A stretch of DNA of 63,976 bases, counting the filler, from Limisphaerales bacterium (GTDB lineage: Bacteria > Verrucomicrobiota > Verrucomicrobiia > Limisphaerales > SIBE01), in the NCBI GenBank assembly GCA_044225505.1. It is 8 parts of 8 records of this genome, joined end to end, with 100 filler letters (N's around TTAATTAATTAA, not from the genome) between each part and the next. Parts side by side here need not be neighbours in the genome. Positions count along the whole stretch, not along the records: positions 9,128 to 17,329 come from JBGAIN010000268.1; positions 17,430 to 25,355 come from JBGAIN010000269.1; 6 more parts are not named here. One strand, written 5' to 3'. Both the position numbers and the translations under genes were made by a program. Shown here in pieces: positions 11,707-23,093 of this stretch. How positions within the stretch are numbered: the first letter of the stretch is position 1; every line of letters begins with the position of its first letter. Under the pieces are notes generated by a model. The model was given only the letters and a program-made list of their open reading frames with translations, was not told the DNA's origin and did not search any database.

Positions 11707-11931
11707 CTAGAGCGGCTGGGCAGGAGCCACAGTCGCTTCAGCAGCTGCGGGTGCTGTCACGGGCGGGTTGTTCTGTCCTAAGCCAGGCAAAAGAAACATG
11801 CCCGGAGAAACGCTTGGAGACGCCGAGAACCCACCGCACCCTGTCAACAGGACGACGAGCAGCGGGAGAGCAGCAACCCAAAGCCGATTCCAATTTGATC
11901 TCACGTAAGCTAGTATATTGGCGCGCGACAT
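11707..11931 (-). CDS. Small lipoprotein
   Basis: Hydrophobic stretch followed by lipobox LLTGC; co-oriented with the hpn genes. Confidence 0.6.
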   Translation of the reverse strand: MSRANILAYVRSNWNRLWVAALPLLVVLLTGCGGFSASPSVSPGMFLLPGLGQNNPPVTAPAAAEATVAPAQPL

Positions 11932-12796
11932 GTTAGCAATAACTATTTCTTGTCCAAGCTCGCTGACCGAGCCGAGCCTCACACCGCTCGCAAGGTCTTC
12001 CCAGAGAAATTGTTATGCAATTCTCGCCGTGTGGTCCGCGATCGTTTTAGCCCTGCTTCAATCGCTCCCAATTTTTGCACAAATCCCCGCTTCCGAGTCC
12101 GAGGCCAGGCGGCTCTACGACGAAGCCCGCCAGGAATTCGCCAAAGCGGAAACCAACACAGTCGCTGGCTGGCGATTAGGTCGAGCCGCATTTAACTTGT
12201 CCGAATTCGCTCACGACGAGGAGACACGCACCAAGATCGCTGAGGCGGGTATTGCTGGCTGTCAGCACACTTTGGCTCTTCAGCCCAAATCGGCCTCTGC
12301 CCACTACTATCTCGGTCTGAATCTCGGCCAGGTCGCACGCGCCAAGAAATTAAGCGCGTTGCGAGTGCTTCGAGAAATGGAGCAAGAGTTTCTTCAGGCA
12401 TTGGATCTAGATCCGGAATTGGACCGAGCCGGACCGGATCGCGCCCTGGGCATGTTATATATGGAAGCTCCGATTTGGCCGGCCAGTATTGGGAATCGCA
12501 GTAAAGCGCGCATTCATTTTGAATCGGCGGTTAAGGTGAGCCCTGAATTCCCTGAGAATCATCTTTGTCTAGCGGAAGCTTTGGCACGTTGGGGGGAGGT
12601 CCAAAGCCTGGAACATCAACTCCATACCCTGGAAGATGTCTTTGCCACGGCACGGGCGCGGTTTCCACTCCCACAGTGGGCCGGTGACTGGGCAGACTGG
12701 GAATCCCGCTTGCAGAAACTCCGTAAAGCCCGTGAGCGGCTGAACTCGAGCAAACGAGTCTCCCCTTCGGAACGCGGGGCACGGCCTGCGAAATAA
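11918..12796 (+). CDS. Secreted TPR-repeat protein (start uncertain)
   Basis: AHYYLGLNLG, ALGMLY, PENHLCLAEAL helical repeats. Confidence 0.7.
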   Translation: MARDMLAITISCPSSLTEPSLTPLARSSQRNCYAILAVWSAIVLALLQSLPIFAQIPASESEARRLYDEARQEFAKAETNTVAGWRLGRAAFNLSEFAHDEETRTKIAEAGIAGCQHTLALQPKSASAHYYLGLNLGQVARAKKLSALRVLREMEQEFLQALDLDPELDRAGPDRALGMLYMEAPIWPASIGNRSKARIHFESAVKVSPEFPENHLCLAEALARWGEVQSLEHQLHTLEDVFATARARFPLPQWAGDWADWESRLQKLRKARERLNSSKRVSPSERGARPAK

Positions 12797-12831
12797 CCGT
12801 GCCGCAGAATTATGCTAAATTCGGCATCCGC

Positions 12832-15800
12832 ATGAGTCACTTGCCGCGTTTGCTTGCGTTCGTTCGCCCTGTGGTGTGCCTATTGGCGATCTCGGCTTGG
12901 CCGTTGGCATTGGTTTCGCACGCGGCTAACCCGGTTATTAGCGAGTTCATGGCGGCCAACCAACTCTCGCTCCTGGACGAGGACGGCGAACCCTCCGATT
13001 GGATCGAGCTCCACAACCCGACGCTTGAGCGCGTCAACTTGGCCAACTGGTCTCTGACGGATGATCCGCTCCTTCGAAACAAATGGCGCTTCCCGGAGCG
13101 TTTTCTCGACCCAGGCGCTTTTCTAATCGTGTTCGCCTCGGGCAAGAACCGCATCGCACCTGGCCCGCTGCATACGAACTTCCGGTTGGATGCAGAGGGT
13201 GAATATTTGGCCTTGTTTCCACCCGGCGGAGCTGGCCCCGCCTCGGAATTCAGTCCGCGCTTCCCTCCGCAAGAGGCGGACGTCTCCTTTGGCATCCCGA
13301 TGCTTGGGAAAACCCGGGATCTTCTCCAAGCTTCGGAGGTCTGGATGCTGCTCCCCACCTCTGCGGCCGATGTCCCAACCGACTGGTCGGCGCCCGGCTC
13401 GAATCCAGGGAGCAACTGGACCCGGCTCAACGGTTTTGCCGTCGGTTTCGATTCCACCCCAGCAGGGTTTGGCACCAATCGCAATCTGGCGATCCAAGGT
13501 ACCGCGAGCCAGAGCACGATCGGGTTTGGATTCAGCCCGGCGAACGCGATCGACGGCGATCCGAACACCTTTACCCATACCGACAGCAACGACAACGCGT
13601 CGACTTGGGCGGTGGACCTGGGCGCGGCCACAGAGATCAGTCAGATCATTTTGCGGAATCGGCAAGATTGCTGCCGTTCCCGGTTTCGGGATCTGACCGT
13701 CAACTTGCTCGCCGCGGACGGGAAGACGGTGGTTTGGTCGTCGGGCTTGCTCAATCCCGAGAATAAACTGGGCAGTCCTGGCAGCCTGACGCTCGATCTT
13801 TTCCAATTGAACGTTGGCCCGATCGAAGCTCAAACCATTCAGGTCGTCCGGACTCCTGACCCGGATCTCTCGGGTTCGGGCGGCGCGGGGAACAACGATG
13901 AAGACAATGTGCTATCCTTGGGCGAAGTGGAGGTTTATGGCGTTGCTTCTGTTTCTTATGCTCCGCTCATCCGCAGCGATCTAAGTGCGACGATGAAAGG
14001 GCACGCCAGCTCGGCGTTCTTCCGCGTCCCCTTCAACGTGGACACCATCGAAGATGCGACCAGCCTGGCCCTCCGCCTGCGGTTTGACGACGGCGTGCTC
14101 GTGCATTTGAACGGAACGGAGATTGCCGCGCGGAATACCCCAACCGCTCCGGACTGGGATTCTGTCGCCCCAACCAAACGCGTAAAATCCGACGCACTCA
14201 CTCCTGAAGTGATCGATCTGCTGCCCTTTCGTGCGCTCGTCAAAACGGGCACAAATTGGCTGGCGTTTCAAGGATTGAACTCTTCGGTCAATGACGCGGA
14301 GTTTCTGTTAAGCGCGGAGCTGCTTCTGGAAACGCGTGGCTCGCAAATCGCCGCCTACCTGGAGCGGCCTACTCCAGGCGCGTCCAACCTGGTCTCTTGG
14401 AACCTGGGCCGGGTCGCGGACACGAAGTTTAGTGTCGGACGCGGTCGGAAGAGCGCCCCGTTGGATCTGGCGCTCTCGACGGCGACCGCCGGGGCAGAAA
14501 TTCGTTACACCCTCGACGGAGCGGCGCCAACGGCCGCGGGAGGAACGGTCTATACCGGGCCGATTCGGATCGATCACACCATGACCGTCCGGGCGGCCGC
14601 GTTTAAGCCGGATTATCGTCCGACCGACGTCGATACCCACACGTATGTCTTCCTGGCAGACGTGGTGCGCCAGCCGGCACTTCCAAACGGATTCCCGGCA
14701 AACTGGGCCGGCGTGGCCGCCGATTACGCGATGGATCCCCGGATCACGCAAGCGCCCGCCTACGCCAATCGAATGGAAGAGTCGCTGCAAGCCCTTCCGA
14801 CCATCGCGATCACCACCGACCGCGACAACCTGTTCGGCACTAGCCGCGGCGTCTACGCGAACCCCGAACGTTCCGGTGCAGACTGGGAACGCCCCATCTC
14901 ACTCGAATGGATTCGGGCGGACGGCACCAGCGACTTTCAAGTCGATTGCGGACTGCGCGTTCAGGGCGGACACTTCCGTCAACGCTTCGTCACCCAGAAG
15001 CATTCTCTGCGATTGCTCTTCAAAGGAGAGTACGGAGTGGGCCGTCTTCACCAAAACCTTTTCGGCGAGTTTGGTGCGGCCCAGGAATTCGACACGCTCG
15101 TGCTTCGCGCCGGCGCCAACGACGGCTACGCTTGGAACGACGCCATCAATACCGAACAGTTCATTCGCGATGAGTTTGGCCGCCGTTCCGCACTCGCGAT
15201 GGGTCAAGCCTCGGCGCGCGGGCAGTTTGTGCACCTTTATCTGAATGGCCTTTACTGGGGCGTTTATAACCTCACGGAGCGCCCGGCGGAGGATTTTTCC
15301 GCGACTTACTTTGGGGGTGAGGCCGCCGACTGGGATGCGATCAATTCCGGTGACGTCAAGGCTGGAAGCCTCGATGCTTGAACGTTCATGGCCGGCGCCC
15401 AAAGCCACGACGCTTGGGGATTACCAGCGCTTGAAAGGACTCAACTCGGACGGGACGCGCCACTTGGCTTTTCCCGAGTATTTCGACGCGACCAACTATA
15501 TCGATTACATGCTGGTGAACATCTGGGGCGGCAACTGGGATTGGCCGAACAAGAACTTTTGGTTTGGCCGTCATCGCGGCGGCCAGGCGGGCGGCTTCAA
15601 ATTCTACCTTTGGGATTTTGAGAACACCATGGGCAACAACCGCGATCGGTCCCCGTTAAATATGGTCTCGCCCCGCCCGGACATCGCCGGCTATTGGGTG
15701 GGTGAACCGCACGCCCAGCTCCAGCGCTTGGAGGAGTACCGCATGGAATTCGCCGATCGCGTCCAAAAGCATTTCTTCAACGGCGGCGCGCTCGCTCCAG

Positions 15801-17188
15801 AATCGCTGATTGCCCGATACCGCGCACTCGCAAGCGGCGTGGAGCCCGCCATCATCGCTGAAACCGCTCGGTGGGGTGACGACAATTGGCCTTCGCCCCA
15901 GGACTTGGCGGATTGGCAGCGAGAACGGGATTGGATTGTGGGCACTTACCTTCCCCAAAGAACGGGGGTGGTGTTGGAACAATTACGCACTGCCGGGCTC
16001 TTTCCAGCGCTTGCGGCGCCGACCGCCCGTCCGGCCGGGGGCTCCGTGACACGAACGACCCCAATCCAGCTTTCTGCAGCGGCTCCGGAATTGTTTTACA
16101 CGACCAATGGCGTGGACCCGCGTCTCCCCGGGGGCGCGGTTCACGCCACGGCGATTCGCCTGGCAGCCAATGGAACAGCGACCGACGCGAACGGCTCGTT
16201 GTTGATTGGACAGCCGACCTGGTTGAAGGCGCGGGCTCGACAAGGTGCCGAGTGGAGCCCGCTCACGGAAGGACGCTACCGCTTGGATGTCGTGCCCGCG
16301 ACGTCGAATCACTTGGTGATCGCAGAGTTTTGCTACCGGCCCGCGGACCCGGCCACGCCTGCGGAGCGTGCCGCGAGTAATGATCGCGATGATTTTGAGT
16401 TTATCGAACTCCTCAACATTTCCACGGAATCCATTGACTTGACGGGCGTCCACTTTACGGCGGGCATTCTTTTCAATTTTCCGGACGCGAGGGCGCCGTT
16501 GGCCCCTGGCCAACGCACTTTAGTGGTACGAAATCAAGCAGCGTTCACCGCTCGCTATGGCACTGGCTTTTCGATCGCCGGCCAATACCAAGGCGCCCTT
16601 TCGAATAGTGGCGAGGAAATTGCCCTCATCGATGCAGGTGGCCGCGATATTGCCCGATTGACGTATCTCGACAGCTCGCCGTGGCCCCCGAGCGCGAACG
16701 CGAATGGTTATTCGTTGGTTTACCAAAAATCACGGTTGAATCCCGATCCGAGTGACCCGGACCAATGGCGTGCCAGCGTGCGGCCCGGAGGAAGCCCAGG
16801 AAGCACAGACGCTTCGGCTTTCGTTGGCTCTCCTGAGGCGGACAGCAATGGCAACGGCCAGCCCGACCTGTTCGATTACGCTTTCGGCGCGCTTTTAACA
16901 AATCCCCTGACGGGAATCGTCGTCGGCATCGAACCCTTCGAAAGCAACGGCCAGAGAACCGAGCATCTACTCCTTACGTACCCCCGCAACCTCGCGGCCG
17001 ACGACGCCGCCGTGATCCTCGAGACAGCGCCTAGTCCGACCGGTCCGTGGCACGAGGAACGTGGGGGCTTCAGCCTCGTTCGGGAGGAACGTGCCGTCGA
17101 TGGCACCGCCCGGCAATCCTATCGGATGAACACTCCGCTAGGCGCGGGAGCCGTGTTCGTCCGGTTGTCGGTCTCATTGGCACGCTAG
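12832..17188 (+). CDS. Large surface protein with lamin-tail, discoidin-like, chitobiase/FN3-like and CotH kinase-like domains; interrupted near 15380-15400
   Basis: VISEFMAAN..DWIELHN, IRYTLDG, HLYLNGLYWGVYNLTER, DWPNKN; in-frame TGA plus frame change at ~15380. Confidence 0.8.
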
Positions 17189-17429
17189 GCGAGGCGTCGC
17201 ATCCGGCCCAAGAAAGGCGGATAGCGCCATCTCGAATTACCATTGATTTTGCCTCCTCGCGCCGGCGACGATTCGTGGTGACGATTGTCACCAGCATGTC
17301 CACAAATTGTTGACATGGCAATTAACCGCNNNNNNNNNNNNNNNNNNNNNNNNNNNNNNNNNNNNNNNNNNNNTTAATTAATTAANNNNNNNNNNNNNNN
17401 NNNNNNNNNNNNNNNNNNNNNNNNNNNNN

Positions 17430-17872
17430 AAACGCACGCGCAGCAAGCCCTTCCTCAGCTCTGGTGCTTCACGCACACGACTAAAGAACTCGAGATACGC
17501 CCTATGCACTCCACTATCCCGTTCCACGACTACTACGTCAAACCCGAACCGCCGCCGAAGAAGGGCGCGCGACACCAGTGCGTACTCCGAGACCCGCAAA
17601 TCCCGTTCAAAGCTGTGTCCCGCTCGCAGGATCGCGATTAGGTCGATGTCATTCGGGTGGTCCTTGGACGTGACGAAGCTGCCATCAATGATCAACTCCT
17701 CAAACAAACCACTTAACCGCATCGCGCGAGCCAGCTCGTCCAGACGGGCAAAGAGCTGGGGACGACGATCTGAACCGCTAAAAGCGCCGAAGCGAGCGCG
17801 CACCTCGGGCAATTCACAGTCGAAGAGCCCGCTGGGCAGTAGTCCATCTGAGTTCAATTCGGGTATCGGCAT
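17430..17872 (-). CDS. DUF6932-like minimal nucleotidyltransferase (3' end at contig edge)
   Basis: IPELNSDGLLPSG...IIDGSFVTSKDHPNDIDL (GS...DxD motif). Confidence 0.75.
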
Positions 17873-17948
17873 TTCGGCAAACCCATTTCTTACGGCCGCC
17901 AGTATGGACAGAACGTGCCTGTGCCGCAATTCAACGATCTGAAAAAAC

Positions 17949-18425
17949 ATGAACACCAAAGATTTTATCCGACTCGGTATTCCTCTCGGTGGAGCTACTC
18001 GCCGGGCAACAGATTTCGTTGCTCAGTTCATCCTCAGCGGGGGTGATAAAACGAAGCTGGAAGAGGAACTAAAGGCCATTGTAGCCAATCCCGCTTTGTT
18101 TGCGGAGGACCCCATGCGCAAGGAACTGGTCAAAGCGATTGTCAACGCTCCGCCGCCACCGCGCGCTGAACCGGTCAAATACCGTCGATGGGGCGAAGGA
18201 CTGGAGCATGAGGCCGTGATGCAAATGGAGAAAGGCTGCCTTCTGCCCGTCGCAGTGGCGGGCGCCCTCATGCCTGACGCGCACGTCCCGGATCTGCCGA
18301 GCGAGTTAAAGCGCTTGGCCTGGTTGTCTTTGGATTCCCAGGAAGGCCAGGAATACCGGGAAGCGATGGAACTGATGGGCCGTTACGCTGCGGACAACCA
18401 AGCCCTCGCTCCACGCAACGACTAA
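17949..18425 (+). pseudogene. rtcB: RtcB RNA ligase remnant with internal deletion and C-terminal truncation
   Basis: AVMQME...AGALMPDAHV joins directly to LAWLSLDSQEGQEY..AM..YA..N; the GYGLPIG and GVDIxC segments are absent. Confidence 0.8.
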
Positions 18426-18453
18426 CGCTGCCATCATAAGCCTGTTTCTTCCG

Positions 18454-18741
18454 CTACGTATTCGAATGCAGCAGGAGAGCGAGCTCGTCTGGTGGCCGAT
18501 GCCAAATGCGTACCGCATCTTTATAGACTTCGCGCACCCGGTGGAAAGGAACCCGATGCACCTGGCCTTCCAGATCCAGCAGTTGAAAGGTAGATGGGCT
18601 TTCCGTCGGAAATGTAACCTCCTTCAGCGGGACCGTAATGATCCGATTCTCCGCGCGATCGTAATAGCCCAGCTCAAAATCTCCCTTGGCAAACTCGGGA
18701 TCCCAGCGAATGCGACTGAGTAGTTCGTGAATAGGGATCAT
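18454..18741 (-). CDS. DUF504 / MJ1316-like RNA-repair-associated protein
   Basis: IHELLSRIRWDPEF...GYYDR...VPFHRVREVYKD..RIW. Confidence 0.85.
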   Translation of the reverse strand: MIPIHELLSRIRWDPEFAKGDFELGYYDRAENRIITVPLKEVTFPTESPSTFQLLDLEGQVHRVPFHRVREVYKDAVRIWHRPPDELALLLHSNT

Positions 18742-19036
18742 TTCGGTTCATCAGACGAGGCTTTGCTCTCAATCCCGATCTTTGGTTCCTGGACCCAGGT
18801 GCTCTTGCATTCCGGACATTTGGAGGGCTTGGTCAATTTCCCTTCCGAAACTTAAGCCCGCAGGCCCGACAGCGGGCTGGTTCCACAATGGCTTTGTATT
18901 CGGTGTGTTTGAGACTGCGCAACAGATGATATAGATCGTCGGCGACATCGCTGGGCGATTCGTCCACCAGTCGCGCAATCTGGATAACGGTCATCGGATC
19001 GCCGAGGAGGATGTCTATTAGGTCCCTTCGAAACAT
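18738..19036 (-). CDS. wHTH plus Zn-ribbon transcriptional regulator-like protein (frameshift at ~18838)
   Basis: PARCRACGLKF, then KLTKPSKCPECKSTW in the -1 frame; stop overlaps the DUF504 start (ATGA). Confidence 0.75.
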
Positions 19037-19127
19037 TCGCAGGTCCTCGCCATAACGAGCCCAAAGTTGGATTCGCGGCCACGCAACAACAACGCGCAAC
19101 CGTGCCCAGATGTCGTCTTCACTCTCT

Positions 19128-19247
19128 GAGCTTGTTGAAAAGTCGAGCCTTCGTAGCCTTAGAAGGTGAGGAGGCGGAGAATTCGGGCGGGTGCGGATCC
19201 TAAATCCGCCTCCTAACCTCCGAGGCTACGGTTTTCAAACAGGCTCT
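19128..19247. repeat. Palindromic REP/MITE-like element
   Basis: Outer IR GAGCTTGTTGAAAA/TTTTCAAACAGGCTC; inner IR GTAGCCT..AGGTGAGGAGGCGGA/TCCGCCTCCTAACCT..AGGCTAC. Confidence 0.8.
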
Positions 19248-19305
19248 TTGACTATGGCTAAGCTTGGGGTCCACATCAGGCCTCAATGATCCGTTCGGCG
19301 GCTCT

Positions 19306-22285
19306 TCAATCTTCGGTAGAATGATCGAGGATCTGGGCCGCCGCTTGGATAAATACGTTCTGCAGCAGGACCCGGCTGGGAGCGACCTGCTCTCGCTCTT
19401 CCATGTATTCGTAACGGCTTCGCATTCGGGCGCTCTCGGGCTTCTTCTGCAACCGTTCAGCGCTGGCCGCCAGGGGATACACCGTGGCTGGCTTCTTTGG
19501 CAGTGATTGCCTCGCATTAGATAGAGCTGTCCAAAGCTTTGGAATGTCGGAGGCCGATTCGAAGGAGACGCTGCTGTGCCGTTGCGCAGGGTCTAAACGA
19601 ATCAGGTTGACTGCGATGGCGTCTTTCTCCGATCCGGGCATCAGAATGTGTCTGGTCAAGCCTTGCATCTTCACCCAAGCGTTCAGATAGTCCGGGTCCA
19701 GTTGAACTGCCTGTTGATAATGTTTCAAAGCCTCCGCGTAGCGGGCCTGTTCTTCTCGAAGGTAGCCTAGTAGATAGTGCACTTGGGGCTTTTCCGGAGA
19801 TTTCTGGACTAAAGAACTGAATACCTTCTCGGCAATGGCTTGGGCTTTTTCACCCGCGAATGTCTGTTCGCAGCCAAAGCAATGGCTTTCCATCCGGCCG
19901 AACTGCTCCGGCATGAGCTCGTAGGCTCGCCGATAATGCTCTTCGGCTTCGGCGTGCTGGCCGAGTTCAGCAAGACGCACGGCCAATCGTGCGTGGATGC
20001 AATAAGCGTCAGCAAAAGTGCTTAAGGAATTCTGGTAGAGGTCTACCGCTCGCTTCAAGAGGCCTGCCGCGTAAAATTGATCCGCTCTTTCCGATTGTCG
20101 AACTGCGGAAACGATGCTCCGTAGGAAATCCGCTTCTTTGGCATCTCCTCTGGCCGCGCGAATTTCGGCGAGCTCCGAATAGGCACGCAGCCGATCGCCG
20201 GGCCCTTCTTCGCCGTCCGTCGGATCGATGCTCATGGCTTTGCGCGCGACTTGTTCGGCTTCCTGGAGTTGGTTGTGCAACCGCAACCAGTGAGCCTTCC
20301 AGATGAGCGGACGCTCTTCGAACTGGTCTAGTGTGAACAGTTTGTCCAAAGCGCTGGGAGCGCCCTCCGGATCCAATTCCAGGAGCAGCTCATACAGTCG
20401 ATCCGAGCCCGGTTCTTGGCCCAGTAATGCGTCGACGATTCGCCGCGCTTCTTGAACACGATCCGTCTTAGCCAGGGCTGCGGCGGCGTAGAGCGCGATC
20501 GGCGTTTCCACTTGATGCATCGTGAACTGGTCTCGGTTGAATGCAAATAAGGTTGGAGTTCGGAATTCGGCCAGGTCCTTTGAACCCCAATAAGGGGCCG
20601 AGTCGAATACTTGCAGTACGTCCCGGTACCGCGCGGCTCCGTGGTATAGCTTCACCAAGCCGGCCAGAAAGGGTTGGCCTGCAGACGTTGAATACCCGTA
20701 TTCCGGTCGTTCACTCTCCAATCTCGCGATCTTCTGCAGTGCTGTTGAAAGGACAGCCTCGGCCTCGGCGCCCCGGCCGATTTGGATCAGGAACATCGGC
20801 AGTGCTGCCGATGCTGAGTATTGCCACATCGCTTGCGACGAGTCCTTTTGGAGGCTTTCTTTCGCGGCGGCGAGTCCTTCCTCTAGCCAGTTGTTCTGGT
20901 TCAGCAGGTATCCAATCTGGGCAAGACGCAGGCCCAAGGCAGCGCGGTCCTCTTGCTCGTAACGGGAGACCGAAGGTTGGCCCTCGGTAGATTTCATGAC
21001 CTGACGAAGCTCAGATACTCCTTGTTCTATGTTATCCGTGGCGAGCAAGGCCCTGTGAAGAAGCTGTTGCAGCCGGAGAGCCTGCTTTTTGCTAACGCCA
21101 GCTCGTTTCGTCGTACTTTGAACCAGCTTCACCATTTCCTCCGTTGCTCCAGCGTGGGCCGCAGCCTGGACATATTCGTCCCAGAACGGGAGTTCGGGAT
21201 TTTCACTAAGAATTTGGTGGAAGAACTCGTTCAGCTGACGCGTGAAGCCTGCCCTTTCCATCTGAACTAGAGCTTCGCTGGGGACGGAGAAATTGTCTTC
21301 CTTCTCGAACTTGTTCGCGACAGCAACAGCCTCTGCCGTCCGTTGCTGAGCGATCAGCCCGAGAAGATAGTACATTTGGGCATTGCGCCGTTGGTAATTT
21401 GCGGGTTCGACACTCGCAGATATGTCCGATTCGGCTCCCGCCTGCGGTTTGGCGGGCTTGGCAAAGCGTTTCTCCAGGGCCTCGTAAAGTTCCGCATCAG
21501 ACAATGAGTTTACCAGTTGCCATTGCGGCGTTTTGAGGCCGGCCATGGATTCGTGGGCGATCTTCTTGGCTAAGGCCGCCGCGGGCGTTCCGCTTTCCAC
21601 CTGAAGCAGAGACTTGGATTCAGTCAAAGCACGTTTGAGGAAAGCTCCGGCTTTTTCCTGTCCGACGAGTGCCACGAAGTTGGCCGGAATGTTCACCGAG
21701 CGCCCATAGCTGTCGCTGTCTTCGCCGACGAGCTTCCGGTTTAGCATCTTGAGAATTGCGTCCNNNNNNNNNNNNNNNNNNNGATTTAGCCGCGATCTGC
21801 TCTAATGCGCCGACGTCCTGCTTGCGCTTCTCAGCATCCCCGGAAATCGTGTGAACAAACAGACGGAGGCCGATCTCTGAAAGGCGAGCGTTCGTTCCTG
21901 CGTTTCGCTGCTCCACAAGACTTCGCAGCGCGGGCCAGGCGGGGGGTGGAGGCAGCACGTCCAGAATTTCTTGGAACTGGAGCGGGATTCCCTCTGGAGT
22001 GCGAGCGGTGCGGGCATCCCCCAACTGCAAATAGCGATCTACAATGCTTAAGAATTGTCTGGCCTGAGCGTCGGGCGGGCTGTTTGTAACCGCTGATGCG
22101 AACTGCTTGAGCTCCGTTCGGAACTGACTGGCAGGGTCCTGTGGTTTCTCTGATTGTTTCTCCTTTTCTGCCGCTTGCACCTGGCCAAGAACTGCCTCGG
22201 CGCCGAGGAAAGGGGCATCCGCTGCAAAGGTCAAACTGGACGTGGTTAAGAGAAGAAATCCGCTCAGGGCATTCTTTGTACGCAT
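19306..22285 (-). CDS. Large secreted TPR-repeat protein spanning a 20-N scaffold gap
   Basis: Signal peptide at 22285; many TPR-like repeats; ESHCFGCE motif. Confidence 0.75.
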
Positions 22286-22394
22286 AGAGTTTCCAGGCTA
22301 AGACATCACAATCGTTTCTGCCGGTTAGACAAGGAGAAGCCGCCCACGTTTTGTCTAATTCTTTCCGCGCATTTGCCCTAGGAAACCGCCGAGC

Positions 22395-22590
22395 TCACCG
22401 TTTGACTGGGTTCAGGGCGAACGCCCTTACCGGGAACGTCCCGTAGGCTTTCACTTTCACCGGCACCGCAAAGAATCGGGCGCCGGTTTCCGGTAGTGCG
22501 GCCAATCCGCACAAATGCTCCACGATGGCCTTTGTCGGTCACCATCCCGTGTTCCACAGTGTGGCTCAGATCGATCAGCGACGTTTTCAT
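22395..22590 (-). pseudogene. Cyclase/kynurenine formamidase-family remnant (middle deleted)
   Basis: N-terminal LIDLSHTVEHGM joined out of frame to C-terminal IVEHLCGLAALP...FFAVPVKVKAYGTFPVRAFA. Confidence 0.75.
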
Positions 22591-22622
22591 TTTCTCTCGT
22601 TCGATTTTCTAGGTCTTCAAGC

Positions 22623-22977
22623 TCAGAGCAGCTTTTCAATATTTTCCGGCGGGCGGGCCAGCACGGCTTGGTCGCCACGCACCACGATTGGCCTTTGGAT
22701 GAGATCAGGATGTTTGGCCATGAGAGCGATCAATTCTTTATCCGTGAAATCCTTTTTACCGATGCCCAACTGCTTCGCCACTGGTTCGTCCTTTCGCAGG
22801 ATCCCGCGGGCGGTTAGCCGGAGCTTTTTTAACAATCCGGGCGAGGTCCGTTTCGCGGAAGGGAACTTCGTAGTAGTTGATCGATTCGAACTCCACGCCA
22901 TGTTCCTTCAAAAGCCGCAAGGTAGTTCGGCACTTGCTGCACGTCGGTTTCTGGTAAACCGTCAGCTTTTTATTCAT
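22623..22977 (-). CDS. ArsC/Spx family reductase (frameshift ~22840)
   Basis: YQKPTCSKCR...HPDLIQRPIV...LARP split over two frames. Confidence 0.8.
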
Positions 22978-23093
22978 CGTTCACCTGCTACTGGAATTGG
23001 GCCCGGCTGTCGACCACTGAGCGAGTTGCTTTCTCCATTCGGTCTTCTTCACTTGCGCTCCGTAATCTCGATTCTGCATTCTGGACTGAAATC

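Noticed and set aside
15379..15381. UGA=Trp recoding (TGA at Trp-like positions 8346 and 15379)
   Set aside because: Intact genes end in TGA (e.g. 32176, 53388) and use TGG for Trp; 15379 also coincides with a frameshift.
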